Source: the human T2T-CHM13v2.0 reference genome, Homo sapiens. Taken from it: a DNA stretch of 64,000 nucleotides. Of the stretch, positions 1 through 64,000 are shown in pieces. Within the stretch, counting starts at the first letter, position 1, and each line of letters starts with the position of its first letter. Where the stretch lies: assembly GCF_009914755.1 (NCBI RefSeq), contig NC_060933.1. One strand, given 5' to 3'. The position numbers and the translations under genes were made by a program. The notes under the pieces were generated by a model that made no database searches, was not told the DNA's origin, and saw only the letters and a list, made by a program, of their open reading frames with translations.

Positions 1-514
1 AGTGACCAACAAATATTTGGTACATATGACTTATCAGTCGCTTAATTATAAACAAAATAATAGACCTTTTTCTGTTCTGTGTATTTAAATTGGTTAATAT
101 TGGTGCTAGAAATATGTTGTTGAAGGCAGGACTTCATATATATTTTTTTTTACCGATTCCCTGGTCTCAATCCCTCGTTTTTCAGGCTCAGAGACTAGAC
201 GTGCAGGAAAAGAGTTTGCTGGAAGTGAGGTCAGATCACAGAGCTCCTTGCTGCTGTCCCAGGACCTGAAGTGGGAGGGAAGGAGGAGAGGACAGAAATG
301 GAGACATGATCACTCTTTCAATAAAATATACTTTAAAAGTTTATATTCCTTGCAGCATTATTTATAAAGAAACAGGCTTAGTGTAAATGAATGATGATAA
401 GAAACATCCCTACCTAATTTGTTACTTTCCACAATTGGAACTTTCCTATTCACAGTTCTCTTGTCCCCCTCTGCACCATGCCACATCCTCACTCAAATCC
501 TGTTTTTTTTATGA

Positions 515-53714
<53,200 letters not shown>

Positions 53715-54513
53715 GTGAGTGCCCACAGGGCTTCGTGAAGGAGGGAGCTGCTGGGAGCCTCTGGCGCCTCCAGGGCAGGAGGGACAGGGCTTGTATGGCA
53801 ACTCTGCATTCTGAAGCAGCCAGGCTGCTGTTCAGCCATAGCTCCTCCACTGCGGTAACATAGACATTCGCCTACACATGCCCAGCCTAATGTCTCCTTA
53901 ATGTTCGTCCTCTTCTCATCTCACCACACCCTGCTCTGCCAGGGATTCCGCTGCTTCCCGCTGGCCTTTTTGTTTTTCATGTCACACACCAGGGCCCCTG
54001 CATGGTGGGGTGTGTGTACTTCCCCTTCCTAAATGCTCCTCTGCCCCAGGGTGCTGGAGCCCCTGCCCTTTAGAAGGAGCTGGGGGAGGAAGAATCCTCA
54101 GTGGGTGTTGGGTGCAGTCTCCACATTTACCCCACAAGACCAGGCTGCCAGGTGCCGTAAGCAGGAGTTGCTTAAAGAGTCAGGCATTGCTTTAGGCCTG
54201 TGGAGTATTTTAAGTGAGATTTCTTCAGTTCTCTCACTCCCTGCTCCCGATGCCAGACCTAGCACCTCCCTGCTGAGGAAACCCTTTGATTCACATTTCA
54301 TGAAATACCCAAGAAGGAAAATGCATCAGCTAATGAGGTATGGTTGCAATTTTATGGCTGCAGTGAAATAATATCATTCGAGTGTTTGCTGGCCTGAGAG
54401 TAGGCTGACTGTCCAGTCTTTGTGGGACAGTCCTGGACTCACAGATGAGAGCTTTACTGACAGAGGGTGATTCTCTGAGGAGACCAAGAGGGCCTCATTT
54501 CCTGGAGATCATC

Positions 54514-54730
54514 CAGAGGTTAGCAAACCATGGCCCACGGGCCATATCCCGCTGCTGGTCTTTGTAAATGAAGTCTTATTGGGACACAGCCATGCCCAAG
54601 GTTTGTATTGGCCCTGGCGGCTTCCACGCCAGGTGTCAGAGCTGAGCAGCTGTGACAGAGACCATATGGGCCACAGAGCCGAAACACCTACTTGCCTGGC
54701 CCTTGACGGAAAATGTTTGCTGACCGCTGG
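54514..54730. mobile_element. MER58A-like DNA transposon
   Basis: cagaggttagcaaaccatggcccacgggcc...ttattgggacacagccatgccc...agagctgagcagctgtgacagagacc...gtttgctgaccgctg. Confidence 0.85.
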
Positions 54731-55124
54731 GGCTAGGATGTCGCCTCCCCGAATGCACTCATGTTACTGGGATGTCATTCCCTCCCCAGAAGTAATAGGT
54801 CTGATCTGTGCAGTGGGGGGCCCAGCTCTGTGCTTTCTCTGCAGGCCCAGTTATTACCAGTACTCCGCATGGGGTGAGGCCCCTTTCTAGGGCACCTGGT
54901 CACCCACCGCAAACGCACACACCATACCCACATCACCCTGCTGTGCCTGACTTGCTAGATCTTGTTGGCCATTGTCAAGCCCTGCCCAGCCATGCTTGGG
55001 CACAGGTTCCAGTTACTCCCTAATAGAGCATTTATATGCATTTTCAAGACGAAGAAATATTTTTGTCCTATGTGTGGCCTCATGAAAGACCCAGCCAGGC
55101 CATTATTGAAGATGCCAGCAGCTG

Positions 55125-55955
55125 ACGCTGCTGATTCCCGCAGTGCGGGTTGGGGCTGCTGAAATGTGCGGCCCCCTCTGTAGGGTCCCTCCGTGAGCCG
55201 CGGGCCCCTCTGCCCTTGCCCACGACATCTGTATCAGTGGTCCCCGCCTGGCTCCTCCTCAGGTCCCTCCGTGCACCTCCTTGCTCTCCCGCTTGCCACC
55301 GCAGGAAAAGCGTCTTCTGTCCCCAGGCCCCTCCCACGGTGCCCAGAGCTAACCTCAGAGCCGCACCCGCAGCGCTCATTCTGCAGCCCCCTCAGTCACT
55401 CTGCACACACCGCACCCGCAGTCACTCCGCACACACCGGGGGCACAGTGAGAGCGGGGAGTCCAGAGGGACAAGACAGGCACGCGCCCCTCAGGAGACTT
55501 CTGGAAATGGGAGAGGGATGCTGACCTGAGAGTCATAGCCGTCAATTACAGTCACTGAATGGGACCGCGTGGTGACAGGAAGGAGTGGGTCCTGAGGGCG
55601 TGGACAGGGGCTGGGGGCGCCCCTGCGGGAGGCATTGCTGGAACCTGCAGGCCAGGCCCCGTCCTCAGCCGGACAGAGTCCCGGGAGGATCGCCCTGCCC
55701 TGTTCAGGACCGGGGCTCAGCGGCCTCCAGTGCCCTCCTGCGGTGGGAGCACAATGTCTGGAGCTGGCGTGGAGGCCCAGGAGATGGGAGGGTGAGCAGA
55801 GCTTGGTGGGCCCGGCCTTCCCCGCAGGGAACCGGGGCTTCCTCTCCCGTGGGCAGCCAGGGGAGGGTTCCGCAGGGCCGGGGAGACCCTCCAGACTGGA
55901 GGGCATTACTGGGGGCGTCGCCCTCAGAAACGTGACCACACCACATCCCTCGGTT
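55125..55955. promoter_or_regulatory. Intragenic GC-rich, CpG-enriched segment (borderline CpG island)
   Basis: About 48 CpGs in about 830 bp by hand count, GC roughly two-thirds, no repeat recognised; flanks are CpG-poor. Confidence 0.45.
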
Positions 55956-56062
55956 TAAGTTTCCTAGCAGCCACATGGAAGAAGGAAAAAGAAACAGGAA
56001 ATGAATTTCAATAATATATTAGCACAAGATATGCAAATATTATCATACCTGTCAATAAATTT

Positions 56063-58449
<2,387 letters not shown>

Positions 58450-60249
58450 AAATTATTGAGATTTTTCACATTCTTTGGTTTATACAAAGCTTTCCTTCTG
58501 TGCCCTCACAGCGCATCCTTACTCCCCAGGTTTCAAGCTGAGTCAAGGCCTAGGGAGGGGCCTCTGGTCTTCCTGGAAGGCCCAGCACCTACGCCTTCCT
58601 CCTACCCTCCAGAAGCAATTCCATCCTCCTCTCCTTCAGAACCACCCTTGACCACCAGCGCCCCCTGCTGCCACCTTCCCTCTCCGCTGAGTCCTCAGCC
58701 AGGGGGACCTGAACAAGTCTGCACGTCCTGTCCCCACTTTGTCCTTGCCTCCCCTACTCCTGCACCCTCCACTGTCTTGCCTTCCGTTCCACGTAACCCT
58801 CAGCAGAGTCCCCACTCACCTCCTGACAGCTTTCCTTCTAAACTGTCTTACTATAAAAGAAAGCATAGATAGAAAAAAGCACATAAACCAATATAAAGCT
58901 TAGTGGGTTTCCATAAGACAAACACCTTTGAATTCCACGCAGGTCAAGAATAGAACTTTCCCAGCCACCCCAAAGCCCCCATGAACCTGGCCCAGCTGTT
59001 GCCTCCGCTCCCGCCCACTGTGAGCCCCTCCCTGATTTGAAGCCAGCTCTTCCTTTTGCTTCCTTGTTATCTTTCCACCCAAGCCCCAGCTGCTGCCCCT
59101 AAGCCTCTTTCACTGGATATCCCCAGGACTGGGCACCCTTGGCACGCCCTGACAATCCTGCCTGGGCTGAGAAAGTCCCCGCGTCCTGCTTCTCCCTAGG
59201 CCTCTGCTTCCTGCTGGTCCATCTTCTCCCTCTCCATCCCCCTGGCCCTCTCTGGCCCCCAGACTTGCAGCTGTCCAACACTGAGGCCCATGCTCAGGTC
59301 TCTGGTCCCTGCTTGCCCCTGAGTGCCAGCCTCACACAGCACCTTCAGAGGCCCTCGGCCCCCCCACACCAGGGTCCCTCCCTCCAGTTCTGTGCTTCCT
59401 CCTCCCCAGTGTTCAGCCTCTGCAAAGGGCTTCCGCATCTGTCTGTCACTCTGCCCAGGATCATGGAAACCCTTCTTACTCTCTCCTCACCTATTTGCAT
59501 CTAGCCGGCAGCCTACTAAGTCTCCTCCCACTTCTCCATGACCACGAAGCACCCGCCTCTCCAGCCCCCACCTGGTTAAGGGCGTCACCCTTAACCTTAG
59601 TCTCCTCCAGACCAGTCGGACTCTTCACCCACCCCTGCACTGTAGCCTCCTGCCCCTTGGGACCAGTCCATCCCAGCCCCACGTTTATCTTTCTAGAAAT
59701 GCCAGCCACTCAGTGGGCTCCACTTTCACCTCCACCTGGGGCTCCTCTGCCTTCAGGATGTGAACTCTGCAGCCTCTGCCCAGCCTCCCCTTCCCCTCTT
59801 CTCCCCTTCAGTTGTGGCTGGGTCCTGGGAAGCCCCTGCCGGCTCCCCCATCATGGAGTTGTCACCTGCTGTTCTTTCACCCTGGAGCTCCCCTTTCCCC
59901 CTTCACCCCCTGCGCATAGTGTGCCCACAGCATCAGCACACACAGGCACACATCTCTCTGCCCACTTCTGCCCTGAGGGTACCTGATGGCGCTCTGCCTT
60001 CAGAGAGAGACTTGGAATGCCCGCTACGGGCATGTGGGCACACAGCCCATAACATTCGGGGAAGACTCCGTGGCACCCACTCCTCCTCATCCATCAACAT
60101 TCACCTCCAGCCCAGGAAACCTCCTCTGTTCCAGCCTCTCCGGTGTGTGTGATTTGCCCCTGTGGGCTGGTAGTCCCTTCGCCTTCCTTGCTCTATTGGA
60201 ATCGTATCCGGATTTCTCCTAGCAGGAGTGAGCCCTTGGGCAGGAATCA

Positions 60250-60945
60250 CTGGGAATTCATTGCTGCCTCCTAAGTGGGCTCCCTGCTTCCACCCTTACC
60301 TGTCCACAGCCTGGTCCCCACGCAGCCGCCTGGTCAGACGTAAGTGAGATCTCATCCTCCTTGCTCAGATGCTCTAGCAACTTCTCATGGGAATCAGAGC
60401 CCTTCAAATGGGGGCTTCCCCAAGGATCTGCCCCTGACATTGCCTCCCTGACCCCCATCTCCTGTTCCGCCTCCTCCCGTCTCCCTCCACATCAGCCCCA
60501 TGAGCTTCCTTGATGTTCTTCAAAAGTGCTGGCCATCCACCGCCCGGGGGCCTTTGCACTTGCTATTCTTGGGCCTGAGTGGCTCTTCCCCAGGTATCCA
60601 TGTGATTTGGTCTCTCACCTTCTGCAGGTTTTGACTCGAGCTTCACCTTCTCAGGGAGGCCTTTCTGGACCACCCTATTTTAAATCCTATCCCTCCCCCA
60701 CCCCCAGGACTGCCCCTCATCTCCCCTGCCCCATTTTTCTTCATAGCACCTATCACCACCTGACCTACTGTATTTTACTCACCTATTTGTTTCTTGTTGG
60801 CTCTCCCCACTAGATTCTGGATCCCATGAAAATAGGGACTTTTGTTGGTTTTATTCACTGCTGTATCCATAGCCCTGTGCATAATACGCACTCAGTAAAT
60901 ACCTGCTAGATGAAAGTATGAAGGAAGGAAGGAAAAAATGAATGG
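60250..60945 (+). mobile_element. L2 3' end
   Basis: gggcctttgcacttgctattc...caccttctcagggaggcctttc...ttattcactgctgtatcc...gcactcagtaaata...tgaaggaa tail. Confidence 0.8.
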
Positions 60946-61976
60946 CACCATAGTCCAGGCAGGACATGGAGTGTTTGTTGACCGAGTGCTAAGTAGATGA
61001 GCCCTTATAATTCTGTAGGTTAACAAAAAATCCATATTTTCCCCAACACTATCTAAAGATGTTTAAATGACTGTGCACATTCTTTCAGATCATCTTTTCA
61101 CTGGGGATACACAAATAGGTTTCCCTGTCAATGCTTGCCCCAGTTGAAACCCCATCTGTTCCTTTGCGAAGCATATTACACGTGTCACTAGAAGTCATGA
61201 CTGTGAGCATTTCCCCAGACGTCAATAAGCAGCATGTCTGTGAAGGGCAGGCTCCTAAAACTGGCTGGCCTGTGGGGCTCCGGCTTCTTGAACACAATAA
61301 GTGAAGTGGCCTTTCACCTTTCCATGGATTTCTTTCTATGTCATGGGGCCAACTTGGGAATCACTGCCCACAGTCTAGAATGTAGTGTTGTGGGCTGCTG
61401 GTGCACAAGAGACACCGTGATTTCTGGACCCAACTCACCCTTCTGCAGCCACTTGGTCCCCAGGGCTCACGTTGAGATGATGGACAGCTGAGTGCTGAGA
61501 CACTTGGCCATCTTTCTATATCTTTTCAATGCATGCACTTCATTGAGTCCATGAGCCCTGTTGGTAAGGAGGAGGGCAGCAAGTGTAAGTGTTGCTTTTG
61601 CAGCCTCCGTCGGGGTGTCCAGTAGAGCCAAGACCAAAATGCAGAGATCTGACTTCTGCCCCTTTCCCTCTCAGACAGAAGGCCAGGTAGTTAGGGCAAT
61701 TCTCAGCTCTTCTGTGAATAATTTCCAACACTGCTTGCTTCTTCTGTGCCTGGCACTGTGCTGGTTCTTTCCATTTGGTTTTCTCTCACCTGCTCAAGAA
61801 CCTGTGCAGGGAGGGTGCCATTTTCCATCTTGCAGATGAGGAAACCCAGGCTTGGGAAGGCTGAGTGACCCACCACATAGCCGGTGAGGGGTGGGTTCAG
61901 GACTTCAAACTGGGTCTTCTCCCAACTTCAAACTGTCTCCTGCACTGCCAGGCATTTCTGTTGAAAGTCTGAATAG

Positions 61977-62367
<391 letters not shown>

Positions 62368-62938
62368 TGAGGAAGTATTGTTGATGGTGGTTCTCTTGAC
62401 TTTGAAGAGGTTGAACAGTGGAGAGTTCATCCTGTCGGTGAAAGGCCTCTGCCTGTGTTTTGTGCGCGTCTGAGCTCTGCAAGAGGAACGTCCTGTTCAG
62501 ACGTGTCGGGGGCAGGAAACTTCAGTCAAGGCTCAGATTTCTTCTAACTAGGGCAGTGGTTCCCAAACCTTGCTGCATAATAGAATTAACCTGGGAGCCC
62601 AGGATGTACCCCATACTGCTGACAGCAGTGTCTGTGTGGGAGCTGGGCGACAGGATATTTTCAAGTTTTACAGGTGATTCCAGAGTGTAATGGAGAACCC
62701 CTTCTCTTTATGGACTTTTCTTGTGTCCACAAAAAAACTAGAGCATTTGGCATGGATCCCTGGTTGGAGATGCAGTGTCTGATAAGGCACCTAATTCACC
62801 CCCAAAGCAAGCTTGAAGCCCTGGCCTGCCCACTGGGGGATATTTCAGGAATTTAAGGGAACAGAGAGACGGGCAGTTCTGACTGCACAGCAAGCCTCCA
62901 CTGGAGCAGCCACCTGGGCTTCAACCGGCAGCCTAAGG

Positions 62939-63150
62939 CAGTGGTTCTCAGCAAGGCAATTTTGCCTCCTCCCCCAGCAATTGCCAATGCCTATTTGGTT
63001 GTCACAACTGGGAGTTAGGGGGTGCTACTGCCACCTAGTGTGTAGAAACCAGAGATGCTACTAAAATTCCTAAGAGGCACAAGACAGGCCCAGCAACAGA
63101 GAATTGCCTGGTGCAAAATGTCAGTGTTGGCAAGATTGAGCAACAGTGTC
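62939..63150 (+). mobile_element. MER20
   Basis: cagtggttctcag...ttggttgtcacaactggg...ggtgctactgccacctagtg...ccagagatgctactaaa...aaaatgtcagtg. Confidence 0.85.
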
Positions 63151-64000
63151 TGAATGGGACCCCAGGCATGACTCTGGGAGTGACTTGGGTTGAGGAATTG
63201 AGAGGTTGCTGTTAAGTAGATTTCGGATATCCCTAAGCTTCTACAAGGATGCAACTTTGTTATTGATACACATTGATAGATAAACCAAATCCTTACTTTT
63301 TTATTAAAAAAAAACATTCATTTTCATTTTTTTAAATTGCTTTTCATCTTTTCTACTTTTGAATTTTTAGTGATCTCTAAAACTGCAACAGAACAGCCCC
63401 TACATGTCCCTTTTCTCCCCAGTGGCAGGGGAACAGTGACAGCTTCTGCCTCTCAGGGGTGACTTCAAGGACTGAGGCTTGCAGAGAGCACTGAGAGCTG
63501 GGTCGAGCACATATTATGAGGTGGTGTTCAATAAATACTTGCTGTCATCGTGTATGTTCATGGTGTAGATACAGAAACAAATTTATTCAGTGTGAAACTG
63601 CAGCCTATGAAAAATCTCTAAATAAAAAGCAAGCATAAAAGTGCTGTGGACTCTTATTTCCTTGTTTTCTGTTCACCAAAAGATCTTTCAATCAAAATTG
63701 CCTGTCAAACTAAGTATTTCCTTTGAAATGCACAGTAATTACCAGGAGCTGGTATCATGCAAGGGCTGGGTTTGTCCCTGTAAGGATTATAACACAGTAG
63801 CTTGCACTAACTAGAATTTGGCACCTGATGAGAATCTTTACTGTCTGCCTGATTGGAGATTGGAGAGAGGGGTTCAGGACAGGGAGGAACCAGCCAGCTG
63901 AGGAGGCTGTTGAGTTGTGATTAAACCTGTGGACCTGAAAGGTGTCGCTATTGGACAGGAAGACACCAACATGTGCTTTGTTCCTGCGTCTTACCTTCCT

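Noticed and set aside
63960-64000. Pyrimidine-rich end of the window as the exon 19 acceptor
   Set aside because: No AG and no DGKTAEDL-coding sequence is visible inside the window, so it cannot be called.

Overview
This is primate (most likely human) genomic DNA from the middle of DAPK1, death-associated protein kinase 1, on the + strand. I traced 16 consecutive GT-AG coding exons (conventional exons 3-18; 547..53714; 1861 coding nt; about codons 21-641). They splice into one uninterrupted frame encoding the kinase domain, the Ca2+/calmodulin autoregulatory segment (Ser289, Ser308) and the ankyrin-repeat region. The start codon and the ROC-COR and death-domain exons lie outside the window. 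The rest is intron: Alu, L1, L2, MIR, MaLR/ERVL LTRs, hAT DNA-transposon fossils, two large minisatellites (28-bp unit in intron 3; 33-bp unit at the start of intron 17) and simple repeats. Nearly all ORFs in the supplied track are spurious. I cannot support a new biological system here. The best leads are untested splicing hypotheses: (1) a T20-A8-G acceptor in front of the in-frame exon carrying the inhibitory Ser308; (2) a 33-bp VNTR 35 nt after the exon 17 donor, in which CpG decay creates serial acceptor-like sites and three frames stay open for about 550-590 codons; (3) a UAGGGA-rich minisatellite; (4) a template-switch scar and a 133-bp dispersed duplication. Repeat subfamily names are by eye and their boundaries are approximate. 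Exon and residue numbering follows my recollection of the reference protein.
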